From the IMG/VR virus record IMGVR_UViG_3300045988_140747: a stretch of DNA of 64,000 bases, one strand, 5' to 3'. The first letter of the stretch is position 1. Each line of letters opens with the position of its first letter. Source of the DNA: a virus. A program made the position numbers and the translations under genes. Positions 9,461 through 17,271 of the stretch are shown here, piece after piece. Under the pieces are notes generated by a model. It searched no databases, was not told where the DNA came from, and saw nothing but the letters and a program-made list of their open reading frames with translations.

Positions 9461-9628
9461 ATGCCTACGCAGAGAGAATTTTCTGAAGCTTTCAGGTGGA
9501 TGTTCGGAAGCACTTGGAGAGGAGCTGTTGAGACGTACAAGGAAATGAAACGGAAGGATCCACAGTATATCGAAACAGTCGTGGCCGTCTACCGGAAAAA
9601 TAGCCGAGATGCGTTTTATAACGACTGA
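9461..9628 (+). CDS. hypothetical 55-aa protein between two tRNAs
   Basis: GGAGG 9449-9453 precedes two ATGs (9455 and 9461). The 9461 frame gives MPTQREFSEAFRWMFG...RDAFYND, 55 aa ending at TGA 9626-9628. Below the ORF-track cutoff. Confidence 0.4.
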   Translation: MPTQREFSEAFRWMFGSTWRGAVETYKEMKRKDPQYIETVVAVYRKNSRDAFYND

Positions 9629-9638
9629 TTATCAATAC

Positions 9639-9715
9639 GGGCTAGTAGCTCAGTCGGTCAGAGCCGGCAGCTCATAACTGCTTGGTCGCGGGTTCAAGTC
9701 CTGCCTGGCCCACCA
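9639..9715 (+). tRNA. tRNA-Met (anticodon CAT; elongator type or tRNA-Ile2)
   Basis: Acceptor GGGCTAG/CTGGCCC, D arm GCTC/GAGC, anticodon arm GGCAG-CTCATAA-CTGCT, T arm GCGGG-TTCAAGT-CCTGC, CCA encoded. G1-C72 paired, so not initiator-like. Confidence 0.85.
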
Positions 9716-9752
9716 TTTTTTTGAATACTACCCCAAAAAGGAGAGATGGATA

Positions 9753-9998
9753 ATGAAAAATTCGAGCGTCAAGGAAATCGTTGAATGGGTTATTGCGAAG
9801 GGGAAAGAGAAGGCTTCGTCTCGTGTCGCGGTTATCCACGAAAGCGAGATTATCAAAGAGTTCGGTGTGGAACCTGGATGGCTTCAGAGCCATGGTCCCG
9901 AAATCTATCATGAGTGCGATCGGCACACAGAAGTTTCGGATTCTCTGATCTACACCGGAAATGACAGGGACTATTGGTCTATTCAGCTCACTTTTTGA
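9753..9998 (+). CDS. hypothetical protein
   Basis: 81 aa, RBS AAAAAGGAGAG upstream. Confidence 0.6.
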   Translation: MKNSSVKEIVEWVIAKGKEKASSRVAVIHESEIIKEFGVEPGWLQSHGPEIYHECDRHTEVSDSLIYTGNDRDYWSIQLTF

Positions 9999-10035
9999 GC
10001 AAATAATAAGTCAAACGTGAAGGAAGGTTTTCATT

Positions 10036-10407
10036 ATGTTTTATTCGTTCTGCTTCTTGAACGGCAAGATCGGCGTTACTCTTGATCGCTACACCACCAT
10101 CTCACCGAAGTTCCGCTCTTGCATTACCGGAATGATCGTTTCCGAAGATGATACTGAGGCGCTTGGCGATATGATCGGTGAAGAGGGCATTCATCTCCTT
10201 GTTGAGAACGGCTTTCTGATCGAAGAAGGCGAATGGAAAAAGACTCCTGACACCAGATCGTGGCAGGAGCTTTGTGAGTATGGCGAGGTTATCAAAGCGG
10301 TAAGGAAATTCAGGGAAGATCACGATTCCACCCTGAGAGAAGCTCGTGATGCCATTGAGAACTACAAGGCGTTTCTGAAGAACAAGTACGGCAGGAAGGG
10401 AAAGTAA
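10036..10407 (+). CDS. hypothetical protein
   Basis: 123 aa. The C-terminal GEVIKAVRKFREDHDSTLREARDAIENY loosely recalls the L7/L12 C-terminal helix motif. Weak. Confidence 0.55.
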   Translation: MFYSFCFLNGKIGVTLDRYTTISPKFRSCITGMIVSEDDTEALGDMIGEEGIHLLVENGFLIEEGEWKKTPDTRSWQELCEYGEVIKAVRKFREDHDSTLREARDAIENYKAFLKNKYGRKGK

Positions 10408-10673
10408 TGATGCATCCCAATTATTTCACGGTTCTTGGTTACAACAAGGACGATGGCAGTTACACTCATTTTACGGACTGCTCAAGTTTTCCAAATGCAG
10501 AAAGGTATGCAAGGTACTTGCTTCGGACGGCTCAGGCAAAGCCGGCTGGCGGAAGCTTTGACCAGTTCGAAGTATGGGATATCAACAAGAACCGGGTTGC
10601 AGTGCTATCCCCCGACGGGGGGAAGCGAATCTGTGAGGGCGTGACAAATGCGGATCGAGAAGATTTTCTGTGA
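10407..10673 (+). CDS. hypothetical protein
   Basis: 88 aa. Start abuts the upstream stop (TAATGATG). Confidence 0.55.
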   Translation: MMHPNYFTVLGYNKDDGSYTHFTDCSSFPNAERYARYLLRTAQAKPAGGSFDQFEVWDINKNRVAVLSPDGGKRICEGVTNADREDFL

Positions 10674-10902
10674 TCGTTGCGGCAAGGAGATTCCAAAGGT
10701 TACAGAGATGAACATTTTGGGCCATGAAGTAGAGAGATATCGGCTTGGGAAGCTAGATTTTGGATTTCCATTCCACGACATCGACCTTAGCCGGTATGGC
10801 ACAGACGTTTGCGAGAAATGCGCTTTTGAAGTAAGCATATTGATGCGCGACCAGAAAGCTAAAATGATTGGAGGCAACGGCTATGGAACACTCAAGGAAT
10901 GA
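10648..10902 (+). CDS. small zinc-ribbon-like protein
   Basis: CDRCG...CEKC pairs. 84 aa. Confidence 0.55.
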   Translation: MRIEKIFCDRCGKEIPKVTEMNILGHEVERYRLGKLDFGFPFHDIDLSRYGTDVCEKCAFEVSILMRDQKAKMIGGNGYGTLKE

Positions 10903-11365
10903 CGCCTACAATGCACTGGATACTCTGGCAAGCAACGTCAGAGAAACAGACAACTACGGCATGTTCTGCAGGGACGAGCTGAAAAGCCTGATTGATGACT
11001 ATTTTTCAATTGTAGATCACCTCAAGCAAACGACACTCTGGGATGTCCTGACATATGAAGATCGGCTTGAAAGTCCGGTGCGAATCCTCACAGCAGACAA
11101 TGAGCGGCTGAAGAATGAAAACAACGAGCTTCTTTGCAAGCTCAAACAGTCTGAAAAGTACATAGCTTACGAAGACATCGATGAACAGCTCCGCATTGGT
11201 GATGTAGTTTACTCGAAGATTTTGAAAACGGCTGGAACGGTTCTCCGAGCCGATCCTGATGACTATATTATCGCAGACTTTGATATGAGAAATGGATCGT
11301 CAAAGAGATATGCGTGCAGATGGAATGATATTGTTCTTATAGAACGGAAGGGGGAGCAAAAATGA
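10883..11365 (+). CDS. hypothetical coiled-coil protein
   Basis: ATG 10883, 8 nt after GGAGG 10870-10874. 160 aa. Confidence 0.6.
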   Translation: MEHSRNDAYNALDTLASNVRETDNYGMFCRDELKSLIDDYFSIVDHLKQTTLWDVLTYEDRLESPVRILTADNERLKNENNELLCKLKQSEKYIAYEDIDEQLRIGDVVYSKILKTAGTVLRADPDDYIIADFDMRNGSSKRYACRWNDIVLIERKGEQK

Positions 11366-11604
11366 AGTATTTTGTTGAAGCGAACGTTAAGTACCCTTAC
11401 ATGAGCACGACTGCCACGTTTATCATTGATTGCGATTGTACGATCGAATCTGTTGATGGCATCACGTGGCTTGAATCTCAAGCAAAAAGGGCTTTCGATG
11501 AAGAGCCATCCAACCGCAAAGACTACGATGAGTTCATTATTATCTCGTTTTCTCCGCTTGACACACCTACGGGCCCCATTTGCGGAGGTGCAGCTTTGTT
11601 ATGA
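11362..11604 (+). CDS. hypothetical protein
   Basis: 80 aa, RBS GGGGGAG upstream, start overlaps the upstream stop. Confidence 0.55.
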   Translation: MKYFVEANVKYPYMSTTATFIIDCDCTIESVDGITWLESQAKRAFDEEPSNRKDYDEFIIISFSPLDTPTGPICGGAALL

Positions 11605-11786
11605 AAAAGAAAGAAAAAACATGCGATCCTGGCACCTGCGACTATTGCCAGTACATTGGCGAAGGTGACTTTTTGTGCGACAAATATCTCGAAGTCGTCG
11701 TAGAGGACTGGGAACCCACCAAAAACTTTTTGATGTGTGCCAAGAAAAAACGGAGGATTTCAAATGACTTTTCTGTGCGTCCCTGA
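11601..11786 (+). CDS. small Cys-rich protein
   Basis: MKKKEKTCDPGTCDYCQYIGEGDFLCDKY...; ATGA overlap with the previous ORF. Confidence 0.5.
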   Translation: MKKKEKTCDPGTCDYCQYIGEGDFLCDKYLEVVVEDWEPTKNFLMCAKKKRRISNDFSVRP

Positions 11787-12003
11787 AAAGTGCGATATCA
11801 GTATTATCACACCTGCAGACAAAGAGACTCCAATTCTCTGCACTGCCCACAATTGCGAGAGAAGAGTCTCTCCTACATGTGGAAGCTGTAAGTTCTATGC
11901 GGAACATGAAGGCGTGTGCTGCTACTACAAGTCGGAACATGTGGCGGATTTTACCGCTCCTGATGATGAATGCCGCTGTTGGAGGAAGAAAGAAGATGCT
12001 TGA
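11764..12003 (+). CDS. small Cys-rich protein
   Basis: ATG 11764 after CGGAGG. 79 aa with 11 Cys (CERRVSPTCGSCKFY...CCYY...CRCW). Confidence 0.5.
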   Translation: MTFLCVPEKCDISIITPADKETPILCTAHNCERRVSPTCGSCKFYAEHEGVCCYYKSEHVADFTAPDDECRCWRKKEDA

Positions 12004-12241
12004 TATCGTTCTGAAGATTTCGCAGATCGCTGCCGCCGGCGCTGCGATTTTTATGATTTATCAAAGCGTTAAGCCAAGACCGCTTTGTGATAGATGCAAA
12101 CATCTGATCTGCAAAAGGACGGATGACTACTTCAAATATGTGTGCGGAGCTGGCTCTTTTAGAGAGTTCTATCATAAAGCCCCTGAGATCTGTAACTGTT
12201 TTGAGAAAAAAGTGGAAGGCAATACGTCCCATTTTCAATAA
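11996..12241 (+). CDS. small membrane-anchored Cys-containing protein
   Basis: ATG 11996. N-terminal hydrophobic helix ISQIAAAGAAIFMIY, then CDRCKHLIC. Confidence 0.5.
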   Translation: MLDIVLKISQIAAAGAAIFMIYQSVKPRPLCDRCKHLICKRTDDYFKYVCGAGSFREFYHKAPEICNCFEKKVEGNTSHFQ

Positions 12242-12274
12242 TGACAGGAGATAATCTTTAGGAGGAGCTTGTGG

Positions 12275-12472
12275 ATGAAAAAAGCAAACGGCAGGTATAT
12301 GGATGTAGTGTGCGACCGTTGTGGGCGCGATATCCGAGTGGATGACACAAGCAGGGCGCTACTACACGGATGGGGATGGCGAAAAGACACTGGAGACTTA
12401 TGCCCGGGGTGTTATAGCGACTACAGAAAAATGATCTCTGAATTCAAATCCGAGAAGCGCAAAATCCGATAA
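12275..12472 (+). CDS. small zinc-ribbon-like protein
   Basis: ATG 12275, 9 nt after AGGAGG 12260-12265. CDRCG...CPGC. Confidence 0.55.
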   Translation: MKKANGRYMDVVCDRCGRDIRVDDTSRALLHGWGWRKDTGDLCPGCYSDYRKMISEFKSEKRKIR

Positions 12473-12498
12473 ATGTTAAGATTTAGGAGGAACTAAGC

Positions 12499-12726
12499 AT
12501 GGAAGAATGCAGATTAAAACCATGTCCCTTTTGTGGTGGCGAGGTCACCATCGCTGAAGGCGGCGATGATTTAACTAAGTGGATGTTTGTCACAAGAGGA
12601 AACAAAGAAAACGCTTGCAAGTGCCGCGTATTTATGGAAAGTAAACCGTACTATTCTGATTGCGAAGAAAATGATAAACAAAGTATCAAGCGGAAGCTTA
12701 TCAATGAGTGGAATAAGAGGATTTGA
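12499..12726 (+). CDS. Lar-family restriction-alleviation-like protein
   Basis: N-terminal LKPCPFCGGE, internal CKC, C-terminal NEWNKR: the pattern of Lar-family small zinc proteins. Confidence 0.6.
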   Translation: MEECRLKPCPFCGGEVTIAEGGDDLTKWMFVTRGNKENACKCRVFMESKPYYSDCEENDKQSIKRKLINEWNKRI

Positions 12727-12755
12727 TAAAAGCTGAGATTTAAGGGAGATACATT

Positions 12756-12953
12756 ATGAAAAAGTTCGTTGTTCTTTTTGAAGGTTGGAATGATAAGCAC
12801 GACCGTGAATGTATGCGCTATGTTGTTGATGCAGATGATGGCTTTGAAAGTATTTTGAGTGTTGAAGAACGGGCGGAAAAGATGGCTCGAAGCAAACATC
12901 CTAATCTGAAAAATTTTAAGACGCTTTACATCAAAGAACTGCTTAACAGATAA
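12756..12953 (+). CDS. hypothetical protein
   Basis: 65 aa, RBS AAGGGAG upstream. Confidence 0.5.
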   Translation: MKKFVVLFEGWNDKHDRECMRYVVDADDGFESILSVEERAEKMARSKHPNLKNFKTLYIKELLNR

Positions 12954-12975
12954 AAACTAAGTTTTAATTAGAGTT

Positions 12976-13158
12976 GTGATGGAAGAACATGAACTGAAAC
13001 CATGCCCGTTTTGCGCATCGGAGTATCCTCATGTCATGCTAAACGATAGAGGAGCGAAGGCTGGAATGTGGAGATACTTTGTAGAATGCCTTAACTGCGA
13101 AAGCAAAACTGGCATCTATAAAACAAAGGAAGGCGCAATGCAGGCATGGGAGCTGTGA
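12976..13158 (+). CDS. Lar-family restriction-alleviation-like protein (second copy)
   Basis: ELKPCPFCAS...VECLNCESK...AMQAWE. Paralogous pattern to 12499-12726. Confidence 0.6.
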   Translation: MMEEHELKPCPFCASEYPHVMLNDRGAKAGMWRYFVECLNCESKTGIYKTKEGAMQAWEL

Positions 13159-13193
13159 GCATATAAAAAATAGGTTCTATGGAGGTTTGTCTC

Positions 13194-13511
13194 ATGGAGA
13201 AAATTAAATTGGTTGATGCAATTTCCATTTCTGATGGATTCAAGAAGGCTGGACTGGAGAAAAAATCTGAGGCAAAGAGGCTTATGGATTCAAAAGATAT
13301 CTATAAGCAACGGAAGGGGATAGTCAAGGACTGTGGAGCTGATATGATCATTGGCCTTGCTGAAGACCTCGCTACATTTCGAGGAATTGATATTGTTGCA
13401 CTCCTCACCGAATATGAGTCGATAAAGACATATACAGATTGTGAAGAATACAGAAAGCAGGGTGCCATTGAGGTTCTCGAGAGGATGATCGACATGCTCT
13501 CTTCAAATTAA
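13194..13511 (+). CDS. hypothetical protein
   Basis: ATG 13194 after GGAGG 13181-13185. 105 aa. Confidence 0.55.
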   Translation: MEKIKLVDAISISDGFKKAGLEKKSEAKRLMDSKDIYKQRKGIVKDCGADMIIGLAEDLATFRGIDIVALLTEYESIKTYTDCEEYRKQGAIEVLERMIDMLSSN

Positions 13512-13534
13512 ATCTGTAATCGGAGGTTCAATTT

Positions 13535-13834
13535 ATGCCATATTTTGTATGTGAGGAATGCAAAGCTGGCCATTGCGCACGAAGGTCTCCCGGACCGAAT
13601 ATCGTAGTGGATAGAATGTGCGATTTTTTCATTGGATGGTGCGATATCGAAAAATACAAACCGCCGGAATGTACGGAGATTGTAGTCAAGGATTCAAAAG
13701 GCAAAATGCATCTTGCTTTTTATCAGCCTGGTTGGGATGTTGGCTACGCTCATAAGGATCCTGTAGTTATGGACAGCAATACGGGAGAAAAAATCGAGGA
13801 TCCGGCAAAATGGCTCAAAGGAATGCAGCTATAG
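13535..13834 (+). CDS. hypothetical protein (possibly DUF551-like)
   Basis: 99 aa, RBS CGGAGG upstream, N-terminal Cys cluster. Confidence 0.55.
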   Translation: MPYFVCEECKAGHCARRSPGPNIVVDRMCDFFIGWCDIEKYKPPECTEIVVKDSKGKMHLAFYQPGWDVGYAHKDPVVMDSNTGEKIEDPAKWLKGMQL

Positions 13835-13845
13835 GAGGAATAAAG

Positions 13846-14364
13846 ATGAACGAAGCAAAGATTTTCAAATTTTCCGGGTACGCGGTCGATTCGATTGATC
13901 CGTACTCAAAAGATCAGGTTAAGGATAGCCTTTACGACTGGGCTGACGATCAGTCTTTCCAGTTCCTGCAGCATGTACATGTCGAGGAGGCTGTGTTGCA
14001 AGATGATGATCTGGATGATCTGAGCGTCAAGAACTGCGACTTGTCGCACTGCGAGAAACATTTTCAAAAGCAAGCAAGCGCAGCTGAGTATGACCGGCCC
14101 ATTCCTAAGCCGGGCGAGCACTGGATGCACTTCAAGGCAGGAAAGATGGTCGAGATCGTTGCGGTCAGCCGATGCAGCGAAAGCCCCGATTCTTTCAGCG
14201 TGATCTATCGAGATCCAAACGGCATCGTGTGGGACCGCCCTCTTGATATGTTTATGAGTGAAGTGGATCGCGAGAAATATCCGAATGCTCTCACGAAATA
14301 CCGTTTCGAGAAAGTTGTTGCAAGCTATACGGCGTATTCTGATACCGTTGAACACTACGAATAA
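13846..14364 (+). CDS. hypothetical protein with DUF1653-like C-domain
   Basis: ATG 13846 after TAGGAGG. C-terminal HWMHFKAGKMVEIVAV...VIYRDPNGIVWDRPLDMF...YRFEKV matches the DUF1653 pattern. Confidence 0.55.
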   Translation: MNEAKIFKFSGYAVDSIDPYSKDQVKDSLYDWADDQSFQFLQHVHVEEAVLQDDDLDDLSVKNCDLSHCEKHFQKQASAAEYDRPIPKPGEHWMHFKAGKMVEIVAVSRCSESPDSFSVIYRDPNGIVWDRPLDMFMSEVDREKYPNALTKYRFEKVVASYTAYSDTVEHYE

Positions 14365-14374
14365 GGAGGATCGC

Positions 14375-14647
14375 ATGAAAACCATTTTTTACCCGGCTAT
14401 CTTTCACCCGGAAACAACAGGCTATTCCGTTTCCGTCCCTGATATTGAAGGCTGCTTCACTCAGGGAGAGAACATGGAAGATGCCATGTCTATGGCAAAA
14501 GAGGCTGTTAGCCTTATGCTCGAAGAGGCGAGCATATTTCCAAAACCGTCACTCGCCGCTACGATTCGGCTCCACCGTGGAGACTTCATTTCCATGATCC
14601 CATTTGAGCCAAAGGATGCTAAAGCTAAAGGAGATTCTCTGCGATGA
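14375..14647 (+). CDS. HicB-like antitoxin-fold protein (no HicA seen)
   Basis: ATG 14375 after AGGAGG. FYPAIFHPETTGYSVSVPDIEGCFTQGENMEDAMSMAKEA is the typical HicB/UPF0150 N-domain. Confidence 0.65.
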   Translation: MKTIFYPAIFHPETTGYSVSVPDIEGCFTQGENMEDAMSMAKEAVSLMLEEASIFPKPSLAATIRLHRGDFISMIPFEPKDAKAKGDSLR

Positions 14648-14943
14648 ATGAAAAAATTGTCGGCCTTTTCAAGTGCCGTAACTGTGGGTCAATCTTTAAT
14701 GAAAAAGTGGAAGTGACGCAGTCTGTAAGTTGGGCAATCAAAGACATGTCCAAGGAAGTTGAATATACCACGACCGCGGCATTCCACGGAACTTCTCTCC
14801 CGGGGCGCTTTATCATTCACCGGTGCAAAAAAGGATGGTTCTGCATTTGCGACCTTGTTGGATGGAAGATTGGAGAGGAGGCGCAGGACGGTTGTGAATT
14901 TGGATGGAATATTGGAGAGGAGACGCAGGACGGTGGTGAATGA
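14644..14943 (+). CDS. hypothetical Cys-containing protein with duplicated C-terminus
   Basis: 99 aa. CRNCG...HRCKKGWFCIC. The last 28 aa are a 14-aa tandem duplication. Confidence 0.5.
   Translation: MNEKIVGLFKCRNCGSIFNEKVEVTQSVSWAIKDMSKEVEYTTTAAFHGTSLPGRFIIHRCKKGWFCICDLVGWKIGEEAQDGCEFGWNIGEETQDGGE
14858..14941 (+). repeat. 42-nt tandem duplication (2 copies)
   Basis: ttggatggaagattggagaggaggcgcaggacggttgtgaat and ttggatggaatattggagaggagacgcaggacggtggtgaat differ at 3 positions. Confidence 0.85.
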
Positions 14944-15286
14944 GGTTAGGCCTGTAGATGCCAATGAGCTGCTGAAGCAGTCTGTCTACTGTAAAGGCGA
15001 GGACGGGACTATGTTTTATGCTGTACCCGCTAGTTCTATTATCAAAGCTTCAACACTGACACCGAAATACATATGGAACACACCAGACAAGAAGCCAACC
15101 GAGGCGGATGTTGATCGAAGCGGTTACGTTTTGGCAATCCACAAGAACGATACCCATATTGAGAGGTGGCTCGCATACATAGTTGCGGAGCACCCGGAAA
15201 AATTTTATTGCTGGTATCCGTTGCCGGAGCCCAAACTGGAGGTTTTCGATCATGAGCAAAATGAAAAAGCTGATTCTTGCAGATGA
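14933..15286 (+). CDS. DUF551-like protein
   Basis: GTG 14933/14936 downstream of GGAGAGGAG. Ends in the ...FYCWYPLPEP pattern. The upstream part of the track ORF overlaps the previous gene out of frame. Confidence 0.45.
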   Translation: MVNEVRPVDANELLKQSVYCKGEDGTMFYAVPASSIIKASTLTPKYIWNTPDKKPTEADVDRSGYVLAIHKNDTHIERWLAYIVAEHPEKFYCWYPLPEPKLEVFDHEQNEKADSCR

Positions 15287-15677
15287 CCTGTACGACAAGG
15301 TCTCAAGCATGGGTTTGCAGAATGGCTCTGCTCTTGGTCATCACAGCGGCACCGCTGATGTCATTGCGGAGATGATTTGGCGTGCCCCTGCTGTTGACCC
15401 TGCAAGCTGCCTGAACTGGCACACCGGAATGCCGCCCGAGCATGATTCTCAATCAGCAAAGCTGAAAGGAACAGAAAAGTGGCATCCATGGATGTTTGAA
15501 AAAATATCCGACAAGGTTCTTGTGACCATTGAAGATGCAGAAGGCAATCGATGCACCGATGTGTCGCAGACGTTTGACGGGAAATGGAAGGGGTACTACC
15601 AGATGGATGCTTTGAAACTCAAAATCGTTGCATGGACCGAATTTCCATCACCTGCAAAGGAGGCCGACAATGACTGA
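15252..15677 (+). CDS. DUF551-like protein
   Basis: ATG 15252 after TGGAGG. C-terminal KIVAWTEFPSPAKE. Confidence 0.55.
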   Translation: MSKMKKLILADDLYDKVSSMGLQNGSALGHHSGTADVIAEMIWRAPAVDPASCLNWHTGMPPEHDSQSAKLKGTEKWHPWMFEKISDKVLVTIEDAEGNRCTDVSQTFDGKWKGYYQMDALKLKIVAWTEFPSPAKEADND

Positions 15678-15954
15678 AATAGAAAAGCTGGATGCCGCTC
15701 TTACCGAAATGAACATCGGCCACGAGCACGTCATTCAGCCTATTGGTGGTGGCGATATGATAATCGCTTACGGTGGAAGATTCGGAACAAAGTATCTGTT
15801 TGACGCGATCTGCAATGAATTTTCATACGGCGGAAGGCAGGGCCTTTTGGAAGTCATGGGCAAATGGCTTATCGGAAACAGGGATGTTATGGGGGGGCTC
15901 ACTGCCGATGAGGTCGTCAAACTCATCAACAAGAAGTTGGAGGAAAAGAAATGA
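15670..15954 (+). CDS. hypothetical protein
   Basis: ATG 15670 after AAGGAGG. 94 aa. Confidence 0.55.
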   Translation: MTEIEKLDAALTEMNIGHEHVIQPIGGGDMIIAYGGRFGTKYLFDAICNEFSYGGRQGLLEVMGKWLIGNRDVMGGLTADEVVKLINKKLEEKK

Positions 15955-16202
15955 CAGAAAAGATATATGGGCTCACTGAAAAAAGGCGAGGACTCTACGA
16001 AGTTCCCATCGAATATACAAAGCGAGGGAAGATGATAGTTCATGCTGATTCTTATGAAGAGGCCATCCAGAATGCGCTGGATCCGATGTCTGGATCACTT
16101 CCGGTTGATGATGAGGTTGTAATGGGGAGCCTACACATTCCGTTCGAAAAGGAAAATGCTCCATTACACATCAGATTCAAAGAATTGCCAAAATGGCTAT
16201 GA
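15951..16202 (+). CDS. hypothetical protein
   Basis: 83 aa, ATGA overlap with the previous ORF. Confidence 0.55.
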   Translation: MTEKIYGLTEKRRGLYEVPIEYTKRGKMIVHADSYEEAIQNALDPMSGSLPVDDEVVMGSLHIPFEKENAPLHIRFKELPKWL

Positions 16203-16422
16203 GATGCAACAGCTGCATTTTGTATCGCAAACCATTGCTTTCGTGCATTTTGCATAAAAAATCATATAATCGCATAAAAAGTCATTGTAGTACATTATCG
16301 ACCTATGGTATCCTGTATCCTGTCAAGAATGAGCGAGAGGCAAACAGCATCTTGCGATTTCCGATCGGCAACAGCAGGAAACCGATCCGACATGTTCCCG
16401 ACATTTTGCCGGGAACATTCAT

Positions 16423-16498
16423 GCAGCTGTAGTTCAATTGGCAGAGCATCGGATTTCCAATCCGAGTGTTGCGGGTTCGATCCCCGTCAGCTGCTCCA
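16423..16498 (+). tRNA. tRNA-Gly (anticodon TCC)
   Basis: Acceptor GCAGCTG/CAGCTGC, D arm GTTC/GAGC, anticodon arm TCGGA-TTTCCAA-TCCGA, T arm GCGGG-TTCGATC-CCCGT, CCA encoded. Preceded by a 9-bp hairpin (16392-16418). Confidence 0.85.
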
Positions 16499-16867
16499 CC
16501 TGCGTAATGCAGGCCATGAATTGACCAACCTTCACACTGCCATGCTCGGCTCTCCATCACGGTGGAGCGGCAGGCTGCAAGCCGAGCGCTTTATATGCGG
16601 ATAATGGATGCCTTAAATGCGAGGCCCGGTTCGATACCGGAAATCCGCGCGAAAGGGGTGGATGAGATGCTGGAGCTATATTATGTGAAAGGCACTGACC
16701 TTGTATACGTCCGTCTCATCTGTCCGAAAGTGCGATCGATTTCGGCTAAAGGCAACGGAATCCACTCCAATCGTATCAACCGTTCAGCAAAGGCTGAGAC
16801 TGGAGGCGGAGGTTGTAGATACTCTAGGGGCCGACCTGCAACTCGGTTTGAAAGCGGATGTTAAGTA

Positions 16868-16926
16868 AAGTGGAAGATTATCATTCCCATTGCTGCTGAT
16901 ACCAGCTGATAGTCTTCCACTTTTAT
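16868..16926 (+). terminator. 15-bp hairpin plus T-run
   Basis: AAGTGGAAGATTATC ... GATAGTCTTCCACTT (one mismatch) followed by TTTAT. Lies immediately 5' of the tRNA-like element. Confidence 0.55.
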
Positions 16927-16928
16927 AA

Positions 16929-17013
16929 GGGCGTGTAGCTCAGAAGGTAGAGCACGCGTGAGTCCAAAAGGTCTCCGCCAGAAGAAGTCGTCGGTTCGAT
17001 TCCGACCACGCCA
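16929..17013 (+). pseudogene. tRNA-like element / probable tRNA pseudogene
   Basis: Canonical acceptor (GGGCGTG/CACGCC), D arm (GCTC-AGAAGGTA-GAGC) and T arm (GTCGG-TTCGATT-CCGAC). The 36-nt middle has no 5-bp/7-nt anticodon arm in any register. No CCA. Confidence 0.4.
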
Positions 17014-17120
17014 AGACCGAAAGTATTGAAAGATCATGTGTGGTGCGCAACATACGCGGTCTGGAGACACATAGTAGGCAACAAGGCTCGTGTTAGGTAC
17101 AAGCACGGGTCAAATGCAAG

Positions 17121-17152
17121 AGAGCTGAAGACGTTCAGCTCTCTTTCTTTAT
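17121..17152 (+). terminator. 9-bp hairpin plus T-rich tail upstream of tRNA-Ser
   Basis: AGAGCTGAA-gacg-TTCAGCTCT followed by CTTTCTTTAT. Confidence 0.5.
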
Positions 17153-17242
17153 GCAGTCGTACTCAAGTCTGGTTTAAGAGGGCTGTTTTGAAAACAGCTA
17201 GGTGGGTAACACGCGCGGGTTCGAATCCTGCCGGCTGCGCCA
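17153..17242 (+). tRNA. tRNA-Ser (anticodon TGA), class II
   Basis: Acceptor GCAGTCG/CGGCTGC, anticodon arm GCTGT-TTTGAAA-ACAGC, long variable arm, T arm GCGGG-TTCGAAT-CCTGC, discriminator G, CCA encoded. Confidence 0.8.
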
Positions 17243-17271
17243 TGAAAATAAAAATGAAGGAAGGCCATTTT

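Noticed and set aside
16250-16270. TTGCAT ... TATAAT as the promoter for the tRNA patch
   Set aside because: The spacer is only 9 nt. No alternative -35 lies at 16-18 nt.
16499-16930. tmRNA or group I intron in the structured spacer
   Set aside because: No tRNA-Ala-like acceptor with a terminal T arm plus CCA, and no plausible tag reading frame ending in a hydrophobic-AA stop. No intron core elements that I can recognise. Kept only as an unexplained structured region.
16305-17271. Track ORFs 16305-16604, 16562-16864, 16861-17106(-) and the 5' extension of 17026-17946
   Set aside because: They run across tRNA genes and hairpins, lack RBSs and have non-protein-like composition. thyX clearly starts at ATG 17272 behind AAGGAAGG.
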